In this document: positions 25,834 to 34,257 of the stretch, one piece after another
How positions within the stretch are numbered: the stretch's first letter is position 1
Layout: the number at the start of each line of letters is the position of its first letter
NCBI GenBank assembly: GCA_964402905.1
Contig: CAYODU010000004.1
Span: forward strand, 1 to 34,257
DNA from: an uncultured archaeon
GTDB taxonomy: Archaea > Iainarchaeota > Iainarchaeia > Iainarchaeales > JAAZKV01
DNA length: 34,257 bases
Reading direction: 5' to 3'
The notes under the pieces: generated by a model
Databases searched by the model: none
What the model saw: the letters and a program-made list of their open reading frames with translations, nothing else
What the model was told of the DNA's origin: nothing
Position numbers and translations under genes: made by a program

Positions 25834-28800
25834 TTAGGCTATTCTATTTCCGTTAATGCCCTCTATTATTTCTGTTCTTTCTTCACCGGTTTTTTTCTTT
25901 AGTACACCTTCCCATATTGGAATGAATAGGTGAGTAATTTCTTTTACTGTAATATTTCCCCACATTTTTTTAATAAGTTCAGCTGCTTCTTTTTCCTGGA
26001 TTTTTGGTTGTATTAGTACTGCACTCTCAACCTCAGTTATTGGGCGTCTTCCTATGCTTGGCATTATTGCATGTAACGGGCTTTTTGGTAAATCGAATTT
26101 AGCTGTAAGATAATACAAGTCATCTTCTTTTTGTTTCATTCCAACAACAATCTTTTTCTCGATTAGTTTGTCAAGAACTCTTTTTGCATTACCCTTTTCC
26201 ATTTCAAGTAACTTGGCGATTTGTTCTAGATTCATTTTCTTTTCAAGCATTTTAATTACTTTGATTTCACTTTCACTAAGTTCAAGCATCTTATCAAGCC
26301 CACGACTCTCAACGATTTTTCCGTTAATATCATGGATAAATTCTCCTGTTAAAGAATTAATGTATGCTTCTCCTAATTGGAAAGCATCTTTTTGTGAAAA
26401 ATAATTGTATTTTATTTTGTATAACACCCCGTACTTTAGTGTTAGCCTATCGAGTATTTCTTCTTCTCCAAAAAAGCCAAGCTTCTTTTTTAATCTCAAA
26501 TTCGCAAGTAATTTTCTTGCGTTTGCTTCATCAATATTTCCCTTTAGTGCAGTTAACTCTACTCTTGTTTCATAAGATGCTTCTGTTTCGCCCACTTCTT
26601 TTTTACCAACTTTAATTTCTTTTTCTCCACTTTCAATAGATTCTTCGGTTTCATCTATCGCTGTTTCCTCTTCTAATTCTTCTTTTACTCCTGGAGCATA
26701 AATTCTTTCTTCATCAATATTAATTCCTTTTTCTCTTAGCGCACTCAAAATATCTTCTAATTTAACATTCTTTTTGTAAGTGTTGTTTAGTGTTTCAAGT
26801 GTTTGTTCTAAACTCTCAATTGAAATGCTAGGATCTTTTTCTAGTTGTCTTAGAACAATACTTGCTCCAAGAACCTCAACTTGGTTTTGATCAAGTTCGT
26901 GTTTTACCTCACTTGTTTCAGCATCTCTTCCTTCGTGCTGAGACATTCTTGGGCGTATCCCCATTACAAATGCTCTTGTAGTTGTTTCTTGTCTGTCTCC
27001 GGTTAAAGCAATTCCAACTGGCATTGTCTTAATGAAATTTGGTTTCTTGTATTGTGCAGGAAGAATAGCTGGAGTTCTTTTGTAAATACTTTTTATATCA
27101 TCATCAAAAACAAGTTTGTGAACCATTATTATGTCTAGCTGGCTTAGTACTCTTGAATCAATTGCACTTGGTTGCTGTGTAGCAAAAACTAGTGAACATC
27201 CCGGTCTTCTTCCTTGTTTAACATACTCTACAAGCGCACTACTTGCCGGTGTCTTTTGATTTCCCCCAGGAATAAGTGTGTGTGCTTCATCCAAAAAAAG
27301 CCATGTTGGTGGAACATTTAATTCAACTAAATCTTCCATAGTTGTTTCAGCAAATTTTCCTGCAGCTTCTCTTCTTGTACTTAATTTTCTTGCAGCTAAT
27401 AATCTTCTTGAAAGAATTCCTATTACAAGTGCACTAACATTATCCTCTAAAAAACTAGTGTCAAGAATAGTCATTTGTCCTGCTCTTGAAAGCATACTTA
27501 GCGGAGTTCCTTTTTCATCAAATATTCCCCAGTGCTTTGCAGCATCAAATCTTGAAGCGAGGGCTCTGATTGAATCAGCTTTGTATCCTCTTTCTCTATC
27601 ATTTAATTCTGCATCATGTTCAAAACAACTTATTAGGTCTTCTAAAGAAAAAGTATTTTCTTTTCCTCTAACAGTTTTTGCGTTTTCATCAGTATAACCG
27701 GTTTTTACTTTTGCAATCCCTTTTTCCATTAAAAGTCCTGTCGGAGAAAATCTGTCAATACCAAAAGTTAGGCACCAATCCTCTGCTGTGAGCAAAGCAG
27801 GCTGAATAGAAAAAGTTGCATCATAAGTACTCTTTGGAACACTCGAACGCATTCCAACTGGAATGAATACTTTAATGTTATCAAGTCCCCTTGGCATCAA
27901 ATCCCATTTGGCCAAGAGCTCAAGTTCTTTTTCTTCTTTGTTTGGATGTTTCATTGACCAGAAAACACCTATTGGATCAACAACAACTATTCCAACATTC
28001 TTATTTTTTATTGCAAGTTCCTCGGCTATTACTCCTAGCACATAACTTTTTCCGCTTCCTCTTGCACCACAAACAAATACAACGTGTGGATTTAATCCAT
28101 CTAAATAAACATTTTTGTCTTTTAACGATTCTTCGTTAACTCTTCCAAGAAATAATCCCGCTTCTTCACCATAATTTTTCAAAACACTTTTTTTTCTTCC
28201 AATGAAAGCATTTCCTTGTTCACTCATTAAAAAGTCTAGTTTTGGTTTTACCTCACTTTCATTAAAGACTTCTTTTGTATTCTCTTCCAGAACTTTTTCT
28301 GAATTAACTTCTTCGTTTTTAATTTTTTCACTTTCAATGCGAAGCTTTTCAGTTTCTTCTTTTGAAATACCCTCTTCTTTTGTTCCATGCTCTTTCAATA
28401 AGTAATCAGCTAAATCATCATGTTCATCAACAGCAGCTTTATTTGCTTTATTTTTTATCACAGTTTTGATAATATTTTTTTCAATAGGATTAATAGTAGA
28501 AAAAGTTGGTTCCTCTTCGAATTCTTCTTCATCTTGACTAACTTTTAAATCAAGTTTTCCGCTAGTTCTTTTTTGTTTCAAACCACTTTCAATGCTTTTC
28601 TCCATGCCATCTTTTACTATTTCATTGTAATTGCTTTTCTTTTTACCAAATTTTTTATCCTTTATTTTTTCTTTAACCTTATCTTTTTTTTCTTTGTCCT
28701 CTTCACTCACTTCCAAAAATAATTCTGGTTCTTTTTCTTCACTCTCACTTTCTTCTTCGATTAATTCGTCTTCATCTTCGTCGTCTTCTTTATTTTCTTT

Positions 28801-28983
28801 TTCTACTGACTTATTTTTTTGTTTTTCTTTTAGTTCATTAGCTTTCTCTTCTAAACGTTTTCTTGCAGCCTTTTTCTCGTCATCTTCACCAAAAACGTCG
28901 TCGAACATGTCCTTGCTCGTATCGATACTAGTTTCTACCCTGTCGTTATCGTAAATTGAATCATCTTCAGCCAAAAAGCTCAC
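25834..28983 (-). CDS. Large HerA/DUF87-family P-loop ATPase with acidic N-terminus and C-terminal wHTH
   Basis: PHVVFVCGARGSGKS, VVVDPIG, LFLDEAH, KQGRRPG, FATQQPS; C-terminal MNLEQIAKLLEMEKGNAKRVLDKLIEKKIV. Confidence 0.85.
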   Translation of the reverse strand: MSFLAEDDSIYDNDRVETSIDTSKDMFDDVFGEDDEKKAARKRLEEKANELKEKQKNKSVEKENKEDDEDEDELIEEESESEEKEPELFLEVSEEDKEKKDKVKEKIKDKKFGKKKSNYNEIVKDGMEKSIESGLKQKRTSGKLDLKVSQDEEEFEEEPTFSTINPIEKNIIKTVIKNKANKAAVDEHDDLADYLLKEHGTKEEGISKEETEKLRIESEKIKNEEVNSEKVLEENTKEVFNESEVKPKLDFLMSEQGNAFIGRKKSVLKNYGEEAGLFLGRVNEESLKDKNVYLDGLNPHVVFVCGARGSGKSYVLGVIAEELAIKNKNVGIVVVDPIGVFWSMKHPNKEEKELELLAKWDLMPRGLDNIKVFIPVGMRSSVPKSTYDATFSIQPALLTAEDWCLTFGIDRFSPTGLLMEKGIAKVKTGYTDENAKTVRGKENTFSLEDLISCFEHDAELNDRERGYKADSIRALASRFDAAKHWGIFDEKGTPLSMLSRAGQMTILDTSFLEDNVSALVIGILSRRLLAARKLSTRREAAGKFAETTMEDLVELNVPPTWLFLDEAHTLIPGGNQKTPASSALVEYVKQGRRPGCSLVFATQQPSAIDSRVLSQLDIIMVHKLVFDDDIKSIYKRTPAILPAQYKKPNFIKTMPVGIALTGDRQETTTRAFVMGIRPRMSQHEGRDAETSEVKHELDQNQVEVLGASIVLRQLEKDPSISIESLEQTLETLNNTYKKNVKLEDILSALREKGINIDEERIYAPGVKEELEEETAIDETEESIESGEKEIKVGKKEVGETEASYETRVELTALKGNIDEANARKLLANLRLKKKLGFFGEEEILDRLTLKYGVLYKIKYNYFSQKDAFQLGEAYINSLTGEFIHDINGKIVESRGLDKMLELSESEIKVIKMLEKKMNLEQIAKLLEMEKGNAKRVLDKLIEKKIVVGMKQKEDDLYYLTAKFDLPKSPLHAIMPSIGRRPITEVESAVLIQPKIQEKEAAELIKKMWGNITVKEITHLFIPIWEGVLKKKTGEERTEIIEGINGNRIA

Positions 28984-29126
28984 TCTCTTCCAATGATAAA
29001 TAGAGAGTTATTTTAATATAAATAGTTATTCTTCAAGAAATTAGACTGTGATATGGTCTAATCATCATTTTCAAACAAAAAATCGTTCGAGTTAGCTTTT
29101 TAAAAAGATTGTAAAAAAATAATATC

Positions 29127-29241
29127 GTGTTGGGAGTTAACTCAATGAAGCGATGCTTTGTTGAGATTGCAAAACACATTGTTTTGCGATGGGGAGACGA
29201 GTCATACCTCATAGAGGTTCCCTGGCTTGTCTCTTCTTACA
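29127..29241 (+). ncRNA. Candidate structured ncRNA of unknown family
   Basis: Three abutting hairpins (29141-29165, 11 bp; 29166-29190, 11 bp; 29191-29236, 14 bp plus a 5-bp apical stem). Multiple G-U pairs work only on the + strand; T tract at 29251. Confidence 0.6.
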
Positions 29242-29265
29242 TTTATCTAATTTTTTAAAAAGCTT

Positions 29266-29907
29266 TTACTCAAGAACAAAGGTTTTTTCTGTGTTATAGT
29301 ATTCGTCCCAGTGTTTGATGTAATAAGCAAACATTCTTTCAAGCCTTTCTGGAGCAAGTTCTTCTAAATCAAATTCTTTTAACAAAGAATATATTTTTTC
29401 TTTTGCTTGTGGAACCTTTTCTTCTGAATCAACCATTATCTCAAATTCGGATATGTAACCATATCCAGCATTTTTGTCAATTGTTATAGCAACATTGTCT
29501 CTTCTAAATTCTTCTCTTTCTCTTGACCACTTGGCTTGGTACTCGCAACCAACAGAAAGCAGTAATTCATCTAATTCATTAATACTCAAATCAAATTTTT
29601 GTTCTATTTCGTGTCTTGTCCTACCATTTGTACTAGTAGTATCATCAATTGAAGCTTTGAGAATTAAAAAAGTGTTTTTTTCATTGTAGCGAGTACGCAC
29701 AGCTAAATCAGTACTCTGAATTATTTTATCAAATAATTCTTTGTCTTCTATAAAATCAATTAGCTTTTCCCTAAAATCTTTCCTAGACGGAACAATAAAA
29801 TAATGGTTTATTTGTTTTGATGAACTAATTGGCGCAGGAAGTTTTTTTCTTAATTTTTCTGCAAATTCCGCTTCTCCTAAAAGTGATTTAATTTCAACTT
29901 CAATCAT
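29266..29907 (-). CDS. CYTH-domain (CyaB-like triphosphate tunnel) protein
   Basis: EVEIK (ExExK), QINHYF, VRTR, R.EIE, R.REEF, ITID...GY..EFEI. Confidence 0.85.
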   Translation of the reverse strand: MIEVEIKSLLGEAEFAEKLRKKLPAPISSSKQINHYFIVPSRKDFREKLIDFIEDKELFDKIIQSTDLAVRTRYNEKNTFLILKASIDDTTSTNGRTRHEIEQKFDLSINELDELLLSVGCEYQAKWSREREEFRRDNVAITIDKNAGYGYISEFEIMVDSEEKVPQAKEKIYSLLKEFDLEELAPERLERMFAYYIKHWDEYYNTEKTFVLE

Positions 29908-30010
29908 ATAAACTGCACCCCCCAAAGAGTTTTTTATATAGGCAAGTAGTAAATGCTTTTAATAATGCTTTTTTAACCACTTATTTTTTTCTTATAACCT
30001 AGAGAAAAAC

Positions 30011-30018
30011 TTTATAAA
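30011..30018 (+). promoter_or_regulatory. TATA box of the tRNA-Ser gene
   Basis: AAAAACTTTATAAA, ending 22 nt upstream of the mature 5' end. Confidence 0.6.
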
Positions 30019-30040
30019 GACTCTCAAATCAAATATTTCT

Positions 30041-30207
30041 GCGGAGTTGGCAGAGTGGTCAAATGCGCCCGCCTTGAGGCAACCTTTTTTCTTTTGAAAA
30101 AGAAAAAGTGTTCTTATCCCAAAAAGAAAACTTTTTGTGGAAAAGAATTGTGTTGCGTGCTAGCGGGTTCCCTACCGGGAGCGGGGGTTCAAATCCCTCA
30201 CTCCGCG
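30041..30207 (+). tRNA. tRNA-Ser(UGA) with 83-nt intron at position 37/38 (30079-30161)
   Basis: Acceptor GCGGAGT/ACTCCGC, discriminator G; D-arm GCA..TGC; anticodon stem CCCGC/GCGGG with loop CT-TGA-G|A; long variable arm TCCC/GGGA; T-arm GGGGG-TTCAAAT-CCCTC; CCA not encoded. Confidence 0.92.
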
Positions 30208-30322
30208 TTTTCTTTTGGTTATATGTAGCTATAATTTCTGGACTACTTTTTCTAGTTTTGCAATGACCAAACGATTTGCTCCTGCACAATTTTCAATTGT
30301 GCTTAATGACTTTCAAATTCTT

Positions 30323-30751
30323 TTACTTTTTTTCCCATTCTTCGATAGGTCCTTTTGTTCTGTAAAAAATAGGGTTTAATTCAACTTCGCTTATCTTATT
30401 GAATTCAGAAAACTTTTTCTTGTCGCGCAAAAAAAGCTTTTTTCCAAGATGTTTTTCTTCATGTTTTATTTGACCGTAAGTAACTGTAATTTTTTGTTTT
30501 AATTTATAGTATTTGCATTTGCTTCTGTCAAAAGAATAGCCTCTTTTGTTTGCTTCTATCCAGACAAAAAACAGGTAAGTATTGATTGCTTTTAGTGGCT
30601 CTTTGCTTTCTTTGAATCTTTGTAGTTGTGGGTGTTTAGTATAACCCTTTGTTTTTCCTTGCAAAACCTTTTTTGCTAGGAGAGCTTCTCTCCACAAAGC
30701 AACTATTCCTTTTGAATCCAAGTATTTTGGATGAATGCTCCATATTCTCAT
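30323..30751 (-). CDS. Pyrimidine-dimer DNA glycosylase (T4 endonuclease V-like family)
   Basis: MRIWSIHPKYLD.KG.VALWRE.LLA, GY..HPQL.RF, EANKRGY.FD. Confidence 0.88.
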   Translation of the reverse strand: MRIWSIHPKYLDSKGIVALWREALLAKKVLQGKTKGYTKHPQLQRFKESKEPLKAINTYLFFVWIEANKRGYSFDRSKCKYYKLKQKITVTYGQIKHEEKHLGKKLFLRDKKKFSEFNKISEVELNPIFYRTKGPIEEWEKK

Positions 30752-30912
30752 ACAAAGAAATTAGAAAAAATGTTTTATATTCGTTTTCTTTTTTTTGATT
30801 CTAAAACAGTTTTTGTTGGCATTGCTAAAAGTCCTTTTTTGCCCAAAACCCCCCAAAAGCTGGTTTATAAAACTATTTATGGCATTTTATGTATATACTT
30901 GGATTTGAATAT

Positions 30913-32571
30913 ATGAAATTTAGTGAGTTTAAATTAAACGAAAAACTGCTTAAATCGGTTGAAGAAATTGGTTTTGTTGAGCCAACGGCTATACAAGCTA
31001 AGTGCATTCCACTTTTACTTGAAGGAAAAGATATTGTTGGACAATCTCTTACTGGTTCTGGGAAAACAGCTGCTTTTGGTTTACCAATAATGCAGAAAAT
31101 TGTTCCGGGTGCAGGAGTACAAGCACTAATTTTGACGCCCACAAGAGAGCTTTGTAGCCAAGTAACCGAGAGTTTGTTAAAAATGTCTAGGCACTGCCCA
31201 ATAAATATTGCAGGTGTTTTCGGCGGAGTTGGTTTCTACCAGCAAATAGAAGACATAAAGAACGCGGAAATTATTGTTGCTACTCCGGGAAGATTAATTG
31301 ATCACCTTGGGAGAAGAAATGTTTCTTTGCACAATGTAAAATTTATGGTGCTTGATGAAGCTGATAGAATGCTTGACATGGGTTTTGAAGATGATGTAGA
31401 AAAAATATTTGCACAGATTAGTAAGACTAGGCAAACAGCTTTGTTTAGTGCAACAATGCCGGCTTCTGCTAAAAGATTAATTAACAAGTACTTAACAAAC
31501 CCTGTAATGATTAAAGAACAATTACACGTGGATAAAGGTTTGTTAAAACAAGTTTTTTATTCAATTAATAGTGAATACAAATTTTCTCTACTAGTACACT
31601 TAATTAAAACCCAAAACACTTACTCTGCAATAGTTTTTTGTGCAACAAAGCGAATGGTTGACAAAATTTCCAAGAACATGCGTACACACGGAATAAAAGC
31701 AATGCCGATTCACGGAGACCTAACTCAAAGCAAAAGAACTCATGCGGTTGACTCACTAAAAAAAGGAAAAATTGATATTTTGGTCGCTACTGATGTAGCT
31801 GCTAGGGGGCTTGACATAAATAATATTACTCATATTTACAATTATGACGTTCCAAGAACCTCAGAAGAATATATTCACAGAATAGGGCGAACTGCTCGTG
31901 CAGGGAAAAAAGGCGAAGCAATTACTCTTGTTAGTGAAAAAGATCGTAAACAGTTTAGTGATGTTCTGAGAGACAAAAATCTTGATATTGTTCAAGAACC
32001 TGTTCCGGAATACGAAAAAATTGTTTTCAAAAAATATATGGAACAAAGGGATGAACATCGTAGTAGTAGTTCATTCCATTCAAGAAGAAGTTTTGGGCAT
32101 TCAGATGGATCTGCTCGCGGACGCAGAAGAGGCCTTGGAGATCACAGGCCAAGAAGTTTTTCTAAAGGTGATGACTTTAAAGCAAAGAATAATTATCGGG
32201 ATGGAAGTCACGCTCCAAAAACATTTTCAACTCCAAAAACATTTTCATCTAGAGAATCTTTCCATGGAGAAAAGAGTTTTGGTGGGGGTTATGGTGAACA
32301 CGCTAAAAGTAATTATGGGGCAAGTAAGCCGCGCGGTCCAGGAAATTATCCACATAAAAGCCCAAGCCAACATAGTCGTGGAAGTTATTCTCAAAAAAGT
32401 TCTTTTGGTGAAGACAATAAAAGTGATTTCAATAAAAGTAGTTTTTCTCATTCGAAAAAGTTTTCTCCACACAAACGCTTTGCTAATAAAAGAGGTCCTG
32501 CTCGCCCGCACACAAACAAACGCGGTTCTTTCAAACCAAAAAGTAGTGGACGAAGCAAAACAAGTTGGTAG
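30913..32571 (+). CDS. DEAD-box RNA helicase with long disordered C-terminal tail
   Basis: Q motif, TGSGKT, PTREL, TPGR, DEAD, SAT, ARGLD, HRIGRTAR; ~170-aa S/G/K/R/F-rich tail. Confidence 0.96.
   Translation: MKFSEFKLNEKLLKSVEEIGFVEPTAIQAKCIPLLLEGKDIVGQSLTGSGKTAAFGLPIMQKIVPGAGVQALILTPTRELCSQVTESLLKMSRHCPINIAGVFGGVGFYQQIEDIKNAEIIVATPGRLIDHLGRRNVSLHNVKFMVLDEADRMLDMGFEDDVEKIFAQISKTRQTALFSATMPASAKRLINKYLTNPVMIKEQLHVDKGLLKQVFYSINSEYKFSLLVHLIKTQNTYSAIVFCATKRMVDKISKNMRTHGIKAMPIHGDLTQSKRTHAVDSLKKGKIDILVATDVAARGLDINNITHIYNYDVPRTSEEYIHRIGRTARAGKKGEAITLVSEKDRKQFSDVLRDKNLDIVQEPVPEYEKIVFKKYMEQRDEHRSSSSFHSRRSFGHSDGSARGRRRGLGDHRPRSFSKGDDFKAKNNYRDGSHAPKTFSTPKTFSSRESFHGEKSFGGGYGEHAKSNYGASKPRGPGNYPHKSPSQHSRGSYSQKSSFGEDNKSDFNKSSFSHSKKFSPHKRFANKRGPARPHTNKRGSFKPKSSGRSKTSW
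32213..32247 (+). repeat. 18-bp-period tandem duplication in the helicase tail (PKTFS-T-PKTFS)
   Basis: CTCCAAAAACATTTTCA occurs twice. Confidence 0.85.
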
Positions 32572-32636
32572 AGAATTCAGTTAAGTCCAAAAATCTAATT
32601 TTGGTATTTTCTTTTTTTCATTTAGCATTTATTCTT

Positions 32637-33080
32637 TTATTGGAAGAATAAGAATATATTAAAAAAGAATAATTGTATTGTTTCTACGAAACCGTTTGGT
32701 GTTACTGTTATATTTCCTTGTTTTAATTGTTGTATTGCTTCGTTTTCTGGATTGTCTGAAACCAATAATTCTGTTAGTGCTGTTTCGTTTACACTAACAG
32801 TATAATTTGCTCCTTCTACATCTTCTCCGATAAGAACATTTGTTACGCTTCCATCTTCCACAGTCACTCCGTAGTGTATTTGTGTACTTTCATCAATAAC
32901 ATTTATTTTTGCTGTATTTAGTATTCCAAAAGCGCTAAGTAAATTAGAAATATTTGTATTGGGTAGTCCTGTTGCTTGTACATCAATATCAAGAACACTA
33001 TTTTCAAACATATCTTCTGCTACTGCAAAAGAAAAAATCATCATTAACGCAATTGCAACTAAAAAAATCTTCCCAATCAT
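32637..33080 (-). CDS. Secreted or membrane-anchored hypothetical protein (SCP2-like pattern)
   Basis: Signal peptide from ATG 33080; G.V......ANYTVSV....L......GNITV pattern; hydrophobic C-terminus. Confidence 0.6.
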   Translation of the reverse strand: MIGKIFLVAIALMMIFSFAVAEDMFENSVLDIDVQATGLPNTNISNLLSAFGILNTAKINVIDESTQIHYGVTVEDGSVTNVLIGEDVEGANYTVSVNETALTELLVSDNPENEAIQQLKQGNITVTPNGFVETIQLFFFNIFLFFQ

Positions 33081-33147
33081 GTTAATACTTTCTCCCCTCA
33101 TTATTAAAAAGCTAATTGTTTTGTTATTTCCGACAAAATTCTTTTTA

Positions 33148-34257
33148 CTAATATTTTTTTGTCCAAGCGCCATCTTTTTCATTAGAAAAAGGTCCTTTTT
33201 TCTTAAAACCTTTTTTCTTTTTCATGAAATAAACTATTCCAATTGTAGTACCCAGAACAACTATCACAAGGCATGCAACTACAATTAAACTATTCATATC
33301 AATGTCCATGCTGGAAATGCCTAAAAGAGAAGGATTATTTAATCGTTCCAAAATAAGTGAGTATTTTCCAAGCGCTTCTTTTGATTTTTCGTCTGCTAAA
33401 GCAAGATTTGTTTCAAGAAGACTTTCAGCTTCAGCGATTAATTCATCAGCGAGTTGTTTTTGCTCTGCCATTTCTGCGTTAAGAAAAGGAGTTATTTTTA
33501 TTTTTTCTTCTATCTCAGACTTTTTTTGATTTGCCTGATTAATTGTTGCAACAACGCTTTCCATTGTAACTTCACTCGAAGCGCTGGCTGTAACAATAAT
33601 ATTTATTTCTACATTTGCAGAATTTTCTGCTCCATCGAATGCAATTGCTTTTAATTTACCTGATGCTTTTCCACTTGTTTCAAAAGTATAATACCAAACG
33701 TTAGTATCTTTTTTTGCCTGCCCGATTCTTGTCCCATCCAAAAAAACAACAATTCTGTTTATTACATAATTATCCGTTACACTAAATTCAATATTTTTAT
33801 CTGAAGAGATTTCTTCTCCATCGGTTAAATTTGAAAAACTTATAGTTGGTGCTTCTGTGTCATTGTGCAAGTGAACTTCTTTTGTTATTGTTCCAAGTGT
33901 GCTGTGTGCACTGATAAAGAGATTTATGTCAGAGTAAGTAGAGCTTACAGTAATTGTTCCACTGGTGCCGGTTGTAGCATCTGTTCCATTTACTAGTGTT
34001 GCAATATTTAGGTCATCAACTTTTTTATACAAGAAAAAATCATCCACACTTTTTGAAAAAGTTATTGTGTAAGTAAAATCGTCTGCTGTTTTAAAGTAAC
34101 GTGTTTCTCTTCCAGAAGAATTTTTTATTGATACTGTTATTGTTGTAGCTGCAAGATTCTCTGGGATAGTAACTGAAACAATTGGGGCATTGATGTCATA
34201 ACTGTGGTTACCAGCCGTATCTAATGCATGTATTTTGTAGTAATAAGTTATTCCTTC
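33148..34257 (-). CDS. Cell-surface protein with FN3/Ig-like domains and C-terminal TM anchor (5' end off window)
   Basis: The frame is open to the window edge (EGITYYYKIHALDTAGN...); DTEAPTI..SVTDN..AFDGAEN Ig-like repeat; helical stalk; TM helix; basic tail. Confidence 0.8.
   Translation of the reverse strand, partial: EGITYYYKIHALDTAGNHSYDINAPIVSVTIPENLAATTITVSIKNSSGRETRYFKTADDFTYTITFSKSVDDFFLYKKVDDLNIATLVNGTDATTGTSGTITVSSTYSDINLFISAHSTLGTITKEVHLHNDTEAPTISFSNLTDGEEISSDKNIEFSVTDNYVINRIVVFLDGTRIGQAKKDTNVWYYTFETSGKASGKLKAIAFDGAENSANVEINIIVTASASSEVTMESVVATINQANQKKSEIEEKIKITPFLNAEMAEQKQLADELIAEAESLLETNLALADEKSKEALGKYSLILERLNNPSLLGISSMDIDMNSLIVVACLVIVVLGTTIGIVYFMKKKKGFKKKGPFSNEKDGAWTKKY

Noticed and set aside
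20690-28983. Canonical herA-mre11-rad50-nurA repair operon or Wadjet system
   Set aside because: No Mre11, NurA, kleisin or JetD/Toprim genes; the ATPases are separated by oppositely oriented genes.
29191-29245. HDV-like ribozyme or H/ACA reading of the second ncRNA candidate
   Set aside because: ACC-UCAUAGA-GGU resembles P3/L3, but no P4, J4/2 or P2 3' strand can be found. An ACA follows the stem, but there is no pseudouridylation pocket at the right distance and no K-turn.
30059-30289. 76-aa minus-strand ORF
   Set aside because: It is the antisense shadow of the tRNA-Ser gene.
31982-32584. 200-aa +1-frame ORF overlapping the DEAD-box helicase tail
   Set aside because: +1-frame stops come from Leu/Ile/Val/Met codons, which the disordered tail nearly lacks, so an open frame is expected. 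No motif or RBS seen.
33081-33182. N-terminal extension of track ORF 32637-33182
   Set aside because: It overlaps the upstream gene; the signal peptide begins at ATG 33080, which has a purine-rich RBS.

Overview
AT-rich archaeal chromosome segment. TBP, Spt5, eL42, P0/P1, AglB, an intron-containing tRNA and GGTGA ribosome-binding sites all point to an archaeon. The compact, divergent gene set and stand-alone 5S rRNA suggest a DPANN-type lineage; this is inference, not a database result. From left to right: (1) an N-glycosylation cluster, aglB - alg7/aglH - alg14-like - alg13-like - GT2 - B12/radical SAM; (2) endonuclease IV, ferredoxin, an isolated 5S rRNA, a lipid-anchored serpin, TBP, an MFS transporter and DUF1003; (3) the conserved ftsZ-secE-spt5-L11-L1-L10(P0)-L12(P1) cluster; (4) a membrane-anchored S16 protease, an Smc-like ATPase, eL42, a wHTH protein and a large HerA-like ATPase; (5) a CYTH protein, tRNA-Ser(UGA) with an 83-nt intron, a T4 endoV-like glycosylase, a DEAD-box helicase and a truncated Ig/FN3 surface protein. 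Three things stand out. First, the SMC protein has condensin-type heads but a Rad50-like CPVC zinc hook at its midpoint instead of a hinge. Second, two intergenic stretches (~17835-17950 and ~29127-29241) look like unannotated, highly structured RNAs, and they can form a 12-bp helix with each other. Third, AglB carries WWSDG in place of the conserved WWDxG motif.
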